32,000 nt of DNA from Erysipelotrichaceae bacterium (GTDB taxonomy: Bacteria > Bacillota_I > Bacilli_A > Erysipelotrichales > Coprobacillaceae). Made by a program: the position numbers and the translations under genes. Location of the stretch: NCBI GenBank assembly GCA_028698185.1, contig JAQVDW010000006.1, positions 60,001-92,000 on the forward strand, read 5' to 3'. The notes under the pieces were generated by a model that saw only the letters and a program-made list of their open reading frames with translations, did no database searches and had not been told where the DNA came from. This document shows, in pieces, positions 18,901 to 27,398 of this stretch; position 1 is the first letter of the stretch, and every line of letters starts with the position of its first letter.

Positions 18901-19209
18901 TTAGGATAAACAGCGTTGTACTAATTCGTCTATCCAAGCGTCTTTGTTTTGATTAAACTTAAGTTCTAATTCGGCTTTGGAACTATCGTAATCTTTGGTT
19001 TTTGCCGAAGTCTTGGCCAAAAGATTGCTTTGGAATTCAATTTTTTGCTTTTCAAGTTCTGCGGCTTTTTCAGCCCATAATTTTTCATAAAGTTCTTTTC
19101 TTATCGACTGCATGTCATCAGTAGCGTGGAACTTCTGATTTTTTGCCTGTTCGACACGATTAGCACACTCATGATCGATTCGGACTAATTCCTGAATTAT
19201 ATTATCCAT
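18901..19209 (-). CDS. Small coiled-coil protein, probably the V/A-ATPase peripheral-stalk subunit G/H-like
   Basis: A 102-aa, highly charged helical protein (KELYEKLWAEKAAELEKQKIEFQ). It is the first gene of the operon, with SD GAAGGAGGGAG. The call rests on position and composition only. Confidence 0.45.
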   Translation of the reverse strand: MDNIIQELVRIDHECANRVEQAKNQKFHATDDMQSIRKELYEKLWAEKAAELEKQKIEFQSNLLAKTSAKTKDYDSSKAELELKFNQNKDAWIDELVQRCLS

Positions 19210-19232
19210 TTTTCTCCCTCCTTCAACCGTTT

Positions 19233-19260
19233 ATTATACTCTTTTGACAACATGAATCAA
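19233..19260 (-). promoter_or_regulatory. Putative promoter of the V-ATPase operon
   Basis: The minus strand has TTGATT, a 16-nt spacer, then TATAAT, about 24 nt upstream of the first ATG. Confidence 0.45.
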
Positions 19261-19317
19261 ATTAAAATGAACATATTTTACATATTTTTTTTGTAAGCGT
19301 AACCATGTTTCTCGGAC

Positions 19318-19346
19318 TTTAAAAAGTGAGAAATTAATGTTATAAT
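19318..19346 (+). promoter_or_regulatory. Putative promoter of pepP
   Basis: TTTAAA, a 17-nt spacer, then an extended -10 TGTTATAAT, about 22 nt upstream of the pepP ATG. Confidence 0.5.
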
Positions 19347-19367
19347 CTAGACCAAGGAGACGATCCC

Positions 19368-21128
19368 ATGAAAGAAAATAAACTTATAAAATTTCAAGAA
19401 TTAATGAAAAAAAACAAGATTGATTACTACATCGTGCCAACCAGCGATTTCCACTCAAGTGAAATTGCCGGTGCCTATTTCCAAGGCCGCAAATACCTCA
19501 GCGGTTTCACCGGTTCGGCAGGAACCCTTCTTTTCGGTCTTGAAAAGATCTACCTTTATGTCGACGGACGCTATTTCATTCAGGCTGACCAGCAAGTCGA
19601 CTTGAGCATGATTACGGTCATGAAGATCGGCCAGCCCGAATGCATCGACATGATCGACATCTTCAATCAGGACCAAACCAAGGTTGTCGGCTTTGACGGT
19701 CGCTGCGTATCCCACAAATTCGCCGCTTCCATCAAAAATCCGATCGTCAGCGATATCGATTTGATCGACCAGGTATGGACTGACCGTCCGGAACTTTCAA
19801 AAGAACCTGTCTATAACTACAGTATAGAATACTGCGGCCAATCACGCAAAGAAAAACTGGCTCAAATCCGCGATAAAATGAATGCTGGCACCCATATCGT
19901 CACGACATTGGACGATATCGCCTACATTTTCAATTTGCGGGGCAACGACATCTGCCACACGCCCGTTTTCTACAGCTACGCGCTGATTTCCAAAACTCAG
20001 GCAATTCTATACCTGAACAAAGATTCTGTGAGCGAAACGCTGAAAATTGAGCTTGAACAAGACGGAGTAACCATCAAGGATTACTATGCCATCTACGATG
20101 ACGCCAAAACGATCGAAGGTTCCATCCAGCTCGACACCAGCGTGGTCAACCACCAGATCGTTTCCAGCCTTGAAGGGACCGTGGTCGACTGCATGAATCC
20201 AAGCCAGCTGCTAAAGGCAATCAAGAACGAAACCGAGATTTCCAATACCCGGATTGCCCATATCAAGGATGGCTTGGCCATGACCAAGTTCATGCACTAT
20301 CTCAAAACCAGCATCGCCAATGTCGCAATGGACGAACTGAGCGCAGATGAGATCCTGACTGGATACCGCCAGGAACAACCCGATTTCAAAGGCTTGTCGT
20401 TTGCGACAATCTGCGCCTATGAACAAAACGCCGCCCTGATGCACTACAGCGCCACAAAAGAAAATCACGCCCGACTCGAACCCAGGGGACTGCTTCTTAT
20501 CGATAGCGGCGGGCAATACCTCCAGGGGACAATCGACACAACCCGAACATTTGTCTTAGGTCCGATCAGCGATGTCCAGAAACACCATTTCACCCTGGTC
20601 TTCAAGGCGATGAACAACCTCCAGCAGGCCCGGTTCCTGCATGGCAAAACCGGTGTCGGCCTAGATATTCTCGCCCGCGGGATAATCCAGCAGGAAAACC
20701 TGGATTACCAATGCGGCACCGGACATGGGGTCGGTCACTACCTTTCAGTCCATGAAGGGCCCCACGGTCTGCGCCCGGTGAAGAGGGAAAACGACCAGGA
20801 TTCAATCTTCGAACCGGGCATGATCGTCACCGACGAGCCGGGCATTTACCTGGCTGGCGAATACGGCATCCGGCTTGAAAACGAGCTCCTGGTCACAAAG
20901 GGAGAAAAGAACTTCTATGGCCAGTTCCTCCATTTCGAAACCCTGACCATGGTCCCCATCGATCTTGATGGCATCAATCTTGCCATGCTCAACGATAAAG
21001 AGAGAAAACAGCTATGCGACTACCACCAGCTCGTCTACAGCAATATCGAATACGGTCTGAATGACATCGAGAAGCAATGGTACCAGGAAACCCTGATCGC
21101 CCCGCTTCTTACTTCGCTTGACAAATAA
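19368..21128 (+). CDS. pepP: Xaa-Pro aminopeptidase (M24B, long form with creatinase-like N domains)
   Basis: M24 metal-ligand motifs are present (DSGGQY, HGVGHYLSVHEGP, TDEPGIY, ENELLVT). SD AAGGAG lies upstream. Confidence 0.9.
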   Translation: MKENKLIKFQELMKKNKIDYYIVPTSDFHSSEIAGAYFQGRKYLSGFTGSAGTLLFGLEKIYLYVDGRYFIQADQQVDLSMITVMKIGQPECIDMIDIFNQDQTKVVGFDGRCVSHKFAASIKNPIVSDIDLIDQVWTDRPELSKEPVYNYSIEYCGQSRKEKLAQIRDKMNAGTHIVTTLDDIAYIFNLRGNDICHTPVFYSYALISKTQAILYLNKDSVSETLKIELEQDGVTIKDYYAIYDDAKTIEGSIQLDTSVVNHQIVSSLEGTVVDCMNPSQLLKAIKNETEISNTRIAHIKDGLAMTKFMHYLKTSIANVAMDELSADEILTGYRQEQPDFKGLSFATICAYEQNAALMHYSATKENHARLEPRGLLLIDSGGQYLQGTIDTTRTFVLGPISDVQKHHFTLVFKAMNNLQQARFLHGKTGVGLDILARGIIQQENLDYQCGTGHGVGHYLSVHEGPHGLRPVKRENDQDSIFEPGMIVTDEPGIYLAGEYGIRLENELLVTKGEKNFYGQFLHFETLTMVPIDLDGINLAMLNDKERKQLCDYHQLVYSNIEYGLNDIEKQWYQETLIAPLLTSLDK

Positions 21129-21165
21129 AAAAATGGGTCCGTTTTATTAATGGACCCATTTTTTA
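21127..21165. terminator. Bidirectional intrinsic terminator between convergent pepP and the ATP-cone gene
   Basis: AAAAA-AATGGGTCC-(11-nt loop)-GGACCCATT-TTTTT. The minus-strand stop (21163-21165) abuts it. Confidence 0.75.
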
Positions 21166-22266
21166 TTTGTAGTTTATTATCAGCTGACCATCAAGGCCTT
21201 CAAAAAGATGCCCGTCTTGAAGGGATTGGCCCGTTTGGGAGTTGATAAGGTCGAGCTGGTTGACAGTGGTGTCGAACGCCAGATATTGCCGGTAGATTCC
21301 CAGCATTTTTGTACTGTTGATGAAAAGCTGGCGACTGGACTTGTTCAAGAACACTTTCAGGCGCTTCTCGAGTCCGACCAGGTCGATTCCTAGATCCGGG
21401 CTTTTTTTATCGAGCAAGGCGACATCGACAGCGATATTGTAGATGACATTGGCACCGGCAAAATCACTTTCAAAAGTGATATGAGGCCTTGTCAGACCCT
21501 GGCAAACCACTTCTTCTAGATCACCGGCTTCAATTTCCAAGCTGTTTTCCAGGAAAATCTCGAGACTGTCGAAAACGAGTCCCAATTTCTTCATAAAACC
21601 GGAATCGCCGGTGAGTAGGTCCAGGAATGTCTTGAAGTTGCAAAGGCGCAACGGTCCTTGCTGGTATCTGTCAAAATACATCACGACTTGCATGAACCGG
21701 TTCAATAAAACATCGCTGTTTTCCCCCGTTATCTTGGAACAGTCGATCACGTATTGGTAGATCAGGTCATCAAGGTAAGCGAGGTTGTTTATGCTCATTA
21801 TATTCTGCTCGAGAGCTTTGGTCACAAAACAGTCAAAATGATTCGACTGGTTGTAATTTGCCAGGCTGGCCTCCCCCAAGATGCGAGAGCGCTCTTTGGG
21901 CGAGTTATAGAAGCTGTTTTTAGGCCGATAGGACTCCAGCTGCTCGAACGAGCTCCCCAGGGTCGCCGCTATCTTGCGCTGGTTCGACCGCTTTTCCCGG
22001 TACAGGATATAGGCTTTGGCCGCCCGGATATAGTTCTTTTCAATCAAGACTTCCTCGACAATATCCTGGACAAACTCGACTGTGGGAACTTCAACATCCC
22101 TGGTCTCGATTATTTTTACAACTTCATTGGCAAGCTGGATTGGAACCTGCTTGTCATAGTTTTTTATGCAATCACTTGCCTGAAACGATTTGTCGATCGC
22201 AACGGCAATCTTGTCGAGCTCAAAAGGCACCAGCGACCCGTCACGCTTCAATATCAGCTTAATCAT
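21163..22266 (-). CDS. ATP-cone domain protein whose remainder resembles a degenerate N-terminal fragment of anaerobic (class III) ribonucleotide reductase
   Basis: The N-terminus MIKLILKRDGSLVPFELDKIAVAI...VEFVQDIVEEVLIEKNYIRAAKAYILYREKR is an ATP-cone. The start is the ATG at 22264-22266 with SD GGAGGG, overlapping the upstream stop (ATGATTAA). The NrdD-like reading of the remainder is a by-eye alignment only. Confidence 0.7.
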   Translation of the reverse strand: MIKLILKRDGSLVPFELDKIAVAIDKSFQASDCIKNYDKQVPIQLANEVVKIIETRDVEVPTVEFVQDIVEEVLIEKNYIRAAKAYILYREKRSNQRKIAATLGSSFEQLESYRPKNSFYNSPKERSRILGEASLANYNQSNHFDCFVTKALEQNIMSINNLAYLDDLIYQYVIDCSKITGENSDVLLNRFMQVVMYFDRYQQGPLRLCNFKTFLDLLTGDSGFMKKLGLVFDSLEIFLENSLEIEAGDLEEVVCQGLTRPHITFESDFAGANVIYNIAVDVALLDKKSPDLGIDLVGLEKRLKVFLNKSSRQLFINSTKMLGIYRQYLAFDTTVNQLDLINSQTGQSLQDGHLFEGLDGQLIINYK

Positions 22267-23908
22267 CGATATCCCTCCAATTTCCACAAATCAATTGTAC
22301 ACGATAATCTTTGAAGATGCCAACGATATAATCATTCCCGATTCTTTCAACCAGGCTGTAGCGAAACAGCAACTCCTGATCGTAACCCTTATCCACCAGA
22401 TGATGCAGGACTTTCTTGGCCTCACCAATGCTCAGGGTCGGTTCATAGAAGCGTTTGGGTTTCACTTTGGCATTCGTGAAGTAGTCACAGACAAGTTCCT
22501 TGAACAGGGCCTGATTCTCCTTTTGCAGGAATTCAAAGAGGTAGCCATACAGTTCGTGAAGCTGGTACCCCATCTTTTTGAAATTGCGCCCCCGATAAAA
22601 TTCGCCGAGTTTCAAGAAGAAATCAAACATCGAAGGATAGCGTTCATATATCTTGTTCATGGTCGCCTCAAAGCGGCCGCTGTTCCAGTATTTTTCCAGC
22701 ATATCTTCGACCAGGTGGATCTTGGCGATATCTTCAGCGCTCAGATCCGCCGAACTGGTTATCTCATAAGGGGCTGTCTGTTCGAACTCGTAGCCATATT
22801 CCTCATGATTCTGGCGCAGGCTCGTTCCCCGCAGGAGCTTCAAGAAGCCTAGCTGCAATTCCTTGGGTTTCAAGGCGAAGACATCATCGAAAGATTTCTT
22901 GAACCTTGCAAGCTTTTCAAGAGGCAATCCGGCAATCAGATCGAGGTGGAGAACGATATTGTGGGCCTGTTGGAGAGTAGTAATGACTTGTTCAAGCCGC
23001 TGGAAGTTCTGATATCTTTTCACAATCAGGTTCGTTGGTTCATAGGTCGATTGGATCCCGATTTCCAGCCGCACCAGATCAGGCGGCACCTGCTGGGTCA
23101 AAAAATCAAGCAGGCGTTGGTCGAGGACATCGCCGTTTATTTCGAACTGGAAAACAACCCCGGCATCCTTTTTCGTCACAATATATTCCAGGATGGCCAA
23201 CGCATGCTCATATTTGGCATTGAACGAACGGTCAAGAAACTTCACAGTCTTGGCCCCGCTGGCGATAATGGCATCAAGCTGTCCGGTCAGATAATCCACT
23301 GAGAAAAAGCGCAGTCCGACTTCCAGCGAGGAAAGGCAATATTGGCACTGGTAGGGGCAGCCACGACTTGTCTCGAAATAGAGAATCCGGTTTTTCATGT
23401 CCTTGAGATCCTTGTCCAGAACATAAGGTGAGTCGAGGCTTTCAATATAGCTAGGATCAACCAGTCTGGTCTGGTAGTGATCCCTTTTATGTCTTGATGA
23501 AACGCCGCGGATGGAAACTTCCTGGCCGTTTTCAATACAGTCAAGAAGACTGTTTAGCGCCACTTCACCTTCGCCGGAAATGAGATAGTCAATTTGATAA
23601 TTGTCCATGAAATGGTCGACATCATAGCTTACTTCCGGACCGCCTACGATGATGTTTATTGCCGGGAACCTTGCTTTTATCGTGGAAATCAAAGCCATGG
23701 TCTTTTCAACGTTCCATATATAGACGGAAAAGACAAGGTTGTCCGGCTGGAAGTCCATCAGACTGGCCAGAATCATTTCGCTTTCTTCCTTGATAGTGAA
23801 TTCGACAAAGTCGACATCATGGTGATCCTTGCAGGCGACATAGAGCAGGCGCAAAGACAGGGCCTTATGAATGAATTTGGAGTTTAGAGTAGTAATTATT
23901 GTTTTCAT
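22259..23908 (-). CDS. B12-binding-domain radical SAM protein (C-terminal DUF4080-like extension)
   Basis: The N-terminus has a Rossmann-like B12-binding region (LVFSVYIWNVEKTMALISTIKARFPAINIIVGGPEVS). The CX3CX2C cluster motif is ETSRGCPYQCQYCLSS. A long C-terminal helical extension follows. Confidence 0.88.
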   Translation of the reverse strand: MKTIITTLNSKFIHKALSLRLLYVACKDHHDVDFVEFTIKEESEMILASLMDFQPDNLVFSVYIWNVEKTMALISTIKARFPAINIIVGGPEVSYDVDHFMDNYQIDYLISGEGEVALNSLLDCIENGQEVSIRGVSSRHKRDHYQTRLVDPSYIESLDSPYVLDKDLKDMKNRILYFETSRGCPYQCQYCLSSLEVGLRFFSVDYLTGQLDAIIASGAKTVKFLDRSFNAKYEHALAILEYIVTKKDAGVVFQFEINGDVLDQRLLDFLTQQVPPDLVRLEIGIQSTYEPTNLIVKRYQNFQRLEQVITTLQQAHNIVLHLDLIAGLPLEKLARFKKSFDDVFALKPKELQLGFLKLLRGTSLRQNHEEYGYEFEQTAPYEITSSADLSAEDIAKIHLVEDMLEKYWNSGRFEATMNKIYERYPSMFDFFLKLGEFYRGRNFKKMGYQLHELYGYLFEFLQKENQALFKELVCDYFTNAKVKPKRFYEPTLSIGEAKKVLHHLVDKGYDQELLFRYSLVERIGNDYIVGIFKDYRVQLICGNWRDIDD

Positions 23909-23918
23909 GTTTTTCCTT

Positions 23919-23944
23919 TAAAAAAAGCCTGAATAATCAGGCTT
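23919..23944 (-). terminator. Intrinsic terminator after the M15 peptidase gene
   Basis: The minus strand reads AAGCCTGA-TTAT-TCAGGCTT followed by a T-run. The stem overlaps the TAA stop, and the T-tract ends about 10 nt before the radical SAM ATG. Confidence 0.7.
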
Positions 23945-25175
23945 AGCGTGCAACCACTGTTGGCAAAATGCCGTTTTCTAAACAGTACTGTTCAAATGTG
24001 ATGTTTGCATCCGTTATTTCCTGGGCAACTTCAGCCCCGACATATCTAAAATGCCACGGTTCGTGGGCAATTCCGGTCAGATCGCTTGTGGATTCAGGGT
24101 AACGGTTGATAAAGCCATATTTTGCCGCGTTGGCCAAAACCCACTTGTATTCGGCGGTGTCACCGAAAGTGATTCTCGTACCATCGACAACCGACTGGCT
24201 GGTAAGATCGACTCCTAGACCGGTCTGGTGTTCGCTTGCTCCGGGCAATGCCACATATTGGGAAGCGTACAGGCCACCATAACGGGTCTCAATATCCTGA
24301 TAAGTCTGAGCTTGGACCGTATATGAGCGGTACCCGCTGTTGAATACCAGACTCAGCCCTTCAGCCTTGGCATCTTCATACATCTGTTGCAAGGCATCTG
24401 CCACAACCTGGCGCACCAATGGATTTTCACAATCCGGAGCAATCGGCATCGGTGCCTCAACCAGATCACCTGGCTCATATGAATTGTCAAGGTAGAATCC
24501 GGCTTTTACCAAAGTTAGAATCTCATCAGGGTTGGTAATCGTATAACCGCGGCCACTGTATTCAGCGGTCGACAGGATGAACGGATAATTCGTAATCCCG
24601 ACTGTATATGTCGGATTGTTGTTCGTTTTGTCGGCTTCGATGTAGGCTTTCATGTTTTTGACCATGTAGCCGTTAACTTCAAGGTATGGCGCGATTTGGG
24701 TCGCACTCAGTTTGTTGTCGATCAGGTACTCGAAGTCGCTGATTGATGCGCTGTTTGAAACCATCGCCCAGATTCCGTCATGGTCAAATCCCAATTCTTC
24801 CAGCTGAGAATATATCTCACCATTGAGTTCATCGACGTAGCTGACAATTTCCGATGGCTGATAATCCTGAAAAAGTTCGTAATATTTTTCGTAATCATCA
24901 TAATTTACCGGGGTCGCTTCCAGGTCATGCCAGATATCAAAATGTTCCATGAAATCCGATGCCAAAATCTCATTTTCAGCTTCGCCTTCCATCGCCACAA
25001 TCTGGTTGGCCTGGGTGAAATTGTAGCCCTTGACCAGGGCCCGGATCCGGTTGAAATTCAGGAATACGACCACAGCGACAATCGCCACAACCAAGCCGAT
25101 TATCCCAAATATTTTCAAGTTGTTGTTGCTTTTTCGACCATACGAATAGCTATACGAGTTGCTTCTTTTTAGCAC
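23943..25175 (-). CDS. Membrane-anchored M15B (VanY-type) D-alanyl-D-alanine carboxypeptidase
   Basis: N-terminal TM segment IFGIIGLVVAIVAVVVFL. Zn-peptidase motifs are SGYRSY, PGASEHQTGLGVDL and EPWHFRYVG. It uses a GTG start with SD AAGGAG 8 nt upstream. Confidence 0.85.
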   Translation of the reverse strand: MLKRSNSYSYSYGRKSNNNLKIFGIIGLVVAIVAVVVFLNFNRIRALVKGYNFTQANQIVAMEGEAENEILASDFMEHFDIWHDLEATPVNYDDYEKYYELFQDYQPSEIVSYVDELNGEIYSQLEELGFDHDGIWAMVSNSASISDFEYLIDNKLSATQIAPYLEVNGYMVKNMKAYIEADKTNNNPTYTVGITNYPFILSTAEYSGRGYTITNPDEILTLVKAGFYLDNSYEPGDLVEAPMPIAPDCENPLVRQVVADALQQMYEDAKAEGLSLVFNSGYRSYTVQAQTYQDIETRYGGLYASQYVALPGASEHQTGLGVDLTSQSVVDGTRITFGDTAEYKWVLANAAKYGFINRYPESTSDLTGIAHEPWHFRYVGAEVAQEITDANITFEQYCLENGILPTVVAR

Positions 25176-25735
25176 TTATTTTTCTCCTTAAATTCCAAGT
25201 ATTGTTTTTTTCCTGACTGGTACTGGTCATTGCCATAGGTGTCGTTGATCACAACCAACGGCATGTCTTTCACCTCAAGTCTGCGAATGGCTTCGGGACC
25301 GAGATCCTCAAAGGCAATTACTGTCGAACTCAAAACGCAGTTGCCAATAAGGGCTCCGGTACCTCCGATGGCACCGAAGTAGACACCTTGGTATTTGACA
25401 ATGGCGTCTTTTACTTCCTGGCTGCGGTCTCCCTTGCCAATCATTGTTTTAAGTCCCAGGGAAATGAGTTTGGGTGCGAAACTGTCCATCCGATATGACG
25501 TGGTCGGACCGCCGCTGCCAAAAACCTCGCCCGGTTTGGTCGGTGTCGGACCCACATAGAAGATGGTGGCGTCTTTTATATCAAAAGGCAGTTCTTCATT
25601 GTTGTCAATCAGCTTGACAAGACGGGCATGGGCCGCATCCCGGCCGGTATAGATTGTTCCAGAGAGGAGCACCTGATCCCCGCTTTTGAGATTCGTCAGC
25701 TTGTCAGATGTGAGTGGTGTTTGTAAGTGGATCAT
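25169..25735 (-). CDS. Class I Fe-S hydro-lyase beta subunit (fumarate hydratase / tartrate dehydratase beta type)
   Basis: LLSGTIYTGRDAAHARL, GPTTSYRMD and MIGKGDRS match the fumarase C-terminal domain family. The start is the ATG at 25733-25735 with SD GGAGG, forming an ATGA overlap with the alpha subunit. Confidence 0.85.
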   Translation of the reverse strand: MIHLQTPLTSDKLTNLKSGDQVLLSGTIYTGRDAAHARLVKLIDNNEELPFDIKDATIFYVGPTPTKPGEVFGSGGPTTSYRMDSFAPKLISLGLKTMIGKGDRSQEVKDAIVKYQGVYFGAIGGTGALIGNCVLSSTVIAFEDLGPEAIRRLEVKDMPLVVINDTYGNDQYQSGKKQYLEFKEKNKC

Positions 25736-26577
25736 AGACTCGCCTCCATGTGTCGCGATACGTGACAGCAAATGGCCACAGCAACCGGCAATCCGGCAAT
25801 GTGGGTCGGCATCGTTTCGATATTCAATCCCAGAGCGGTAGTCTTTCCGCCAAGCCCGGCGGGTCCGATTCCGGTCGCATTGACAATTTCCAGCAGTTCA
25901 TCTTCCAAAGCGGCATAACGTCCGTCGGGATGATGGCTGCCGATTTTTCGGAGCATCGCCTGTTTGGCAAGATAGGCAACCTTGTCAAAGGACCCGCCGA
26001 TCCCCACTCCGACCACGATTGGCGGGCAAGGATTCGATGAAGCCGTGGTGACAACTTCTTCGACAAACTGTCGCACTCCGGCTACCCCTTCGCTGGGTTT
26101 GAGCATTTTTATTTTCGACATGTTTTCCGAACCGAAACCTTTGGGGGCGAAAACGATCTTGAATTCATCGCCTTCGACAAGGTCGATATAGATCAAAGCC
26201 GGTGTATTGTCCTGGGTGTTCTTGCGGTCGAACAGCGGATCGTCGACTACCGATTTGCGCAAGTAACCATCCTGGTATCCTTGAGCCACACCTTTGTTTA
26301 TGGCATCCTTCAGGCTGCCTCCGGTAATCGCCACTTCCTGACCGATGGTGATATAGACATTGGCCATCCCGGTGTCCTGGCAGATCGGTTTGCATGTGGT
26401 TCTGGCAATTTCATTGTTGTGCTTTATTGTTTTTAGAGTTTCCTGGGCCAGCGGAAAATCTTCCGCGGCGATTGCCCGGTCAAGGGCTATTGACACATCT
26501 TCAGGCAACTCGACTGCCGCCTTTTGCGCCAGTTTGGCGATGGTGGCAGTGATGTCCTGACATCTAATTTCTCTCAT
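25732..26577 (-). CDS. Class I Fe-S hydro-lyase alpha subunit (fumarate hydratase / tartrate dehydratase alpha type)
   Basis: The ICQDTGMANVY motif and overall family pattern fit. The start is the ATG at 26575-26577 (MREIRCQD...). The longer track ORF overlaps rpiR out of frame. Confidence 0.85.
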   Translation of the reverse strand: MREIRCQDITATIAKLAQKAAVELPEDVSIALDRAIAAEDFPLAQETLKTIKHNNEIARTTCKPICQDTGMANVYITIGQEVAITGGSLKDAINKGVAQGYQDGYLRKSVVDDPLFDRKNTQDNTPALIYIDLVEGDEFKIVFAPKGFGSENMSKIKMLKPSEGVAGVRQFVEEVVTTASSNPCPPIVVGVGIGGSFDKVAYLAKQAMLRKIGSHHPDGRYAALEDELLEIVNATGIGPAGLGGKTTALGLNIETMPTHIAGLPVAVAICCHVSRHMEASL

Positions 26578-27398
26578 TTGATAATACTCCCTGCTACATT
26601 TGGATAAAATAAAGAATAATAGCGAAGCGACATCAGTTCGATGGTCGCGAGTAACGCATGTTTTCCCACCCGGGCTTTGTCCTTGTCTCCGATGATGATC
26701 CGGTGGGAAATTTTTAGATCTATCATTTTTTCGAAATCCGGGTTGCATGTGATCAAGATTACCTTGCAGCCTGACTTCTTGATGTAAGCCAAAGTCTTGT
26801 TGTTGCCGGTGACATAAAGCCCGTTGACGGAGATGATCACGGCTACCGAATCCGAATCAAGATTCTGGGCACAGTTGAGCTGTCGTTCATCATCGAGATA
26901 TGCCATGGTGAACTTCTCGAGCATCAGCAGGTCAGTCTGGAAATGCAAGGCGATCGATTGGGAAAACTGGGTCCCAAAAAAAGCGACACTTTCAGTTTGA
27001 TTGATAAGGTGCAAAACGCGGTCAATTTCATCCCAATCAAGATAATTTGGCAGATCGAGTATCACATCGGAAACCTTGCTGGCAAAATAGCTGACCGCTT
27101 CTTTTGGCTTTTTTGTCATCAAATCGATGTCGACATCGATCAAATTGTTGAATTTTTTCATATCTGAGGAGAATTCGGCACATTCCTGTTTCAAATGGGC
27201 GAAGTTCTCATATCCTAACGCTCGACAAAATCGTGAAATCGTCGCAGGCGAAACGTAGCATTTTTTTGCCAGTTCACTGATTCCCATCGTTGCAATTTCT
27301 GAAAAGTGGTGAGCCAGATACCACCCGATATTATAATTAGTATCATTATCATCAGCAGTATCTAAAAAAATAATCAATCGATAAAACAATTTTTTCAT
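26574..27398 (-). CDS. MurR/RpiR-family transcriptional regulator (HTH plus SIS domain)
   Basis: HTH GISELAKKCYVSPATISRFCRALGYENF followed by a SIS-type sugar-isomerase fold (FFGTQFSQSIALH...VAVIISVNG). The start is the ATG at 27396-27398 with SD AGGAGG. Confidence 0.85.
   Translation of the reverse strand: MKKLFYRLIIFLDTADDNDTNYNIGWYLAHHFSEIATMGISELAKKCYVSPATISRFCRALGYENFAHLKQECAEFSSDMKKFNNLIDVDIDLMTKKPKEAVSYFASKVSDVILDLPNYLDWDEIDRVLHLINQTESVAFFGTQFSQSIALHFQTDLLMLEKFTMAYLDDERQLNCAQNLDSDSVAVIISVNGLYVTGNNKTLAYIKKSGCKVILITCNPDFEKMIDLKISHRIIIGDKDKARVGKHALLATIELMSLRYYSLFYPNVAGSIIK

Noticed and set aside
7234-19209. The idea that ppk1 next to the V-ATPase operon forms an acidocalcisome-like polyphosphate/proton-pump module
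   Set aside because: The genes are convergent and separated by a bidirectional terminator. Adjacency alone gives no evidence of co-regulation or a functional link.
21754-22852. Long plus-strand ORFs (186 aa at 21754-22314 and 220 aa at 22190-22852) antisense to the ATP-cone and radical SAM genes. Similar shadow ORFs occur at 3378-3878, 12523-13044 and 6740-7156.
   Set aside because: They have no SD or recognisable protein motifs and show a low-complexity, odd composition. Each lies fully inside a minus-strand gene with strong family signatures. These are typical antisense shadow ORFs.
25100-25175. An SYSYSY mini-repeat at the N-terminus of the M15 peptidase
   Set aside because: It is a short low-complexity cytoplasmic tail before the TM anchor, with no DNA-level tandem repeat of note.
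26578-26748. N-terminal extension of the hydro-lyase alpha ORF, and similar extensions of subunit E (13805-13903), beta subunit (25736-25771), argB (28715-28762), rpiR (27399-27425) and ppk (7159-7233)
   Set aside because: Each extension overlaps the preceding gene or a promoter. Each lacks an SD, while an internal ATG with a canonical SD coincides with the start of family homology.
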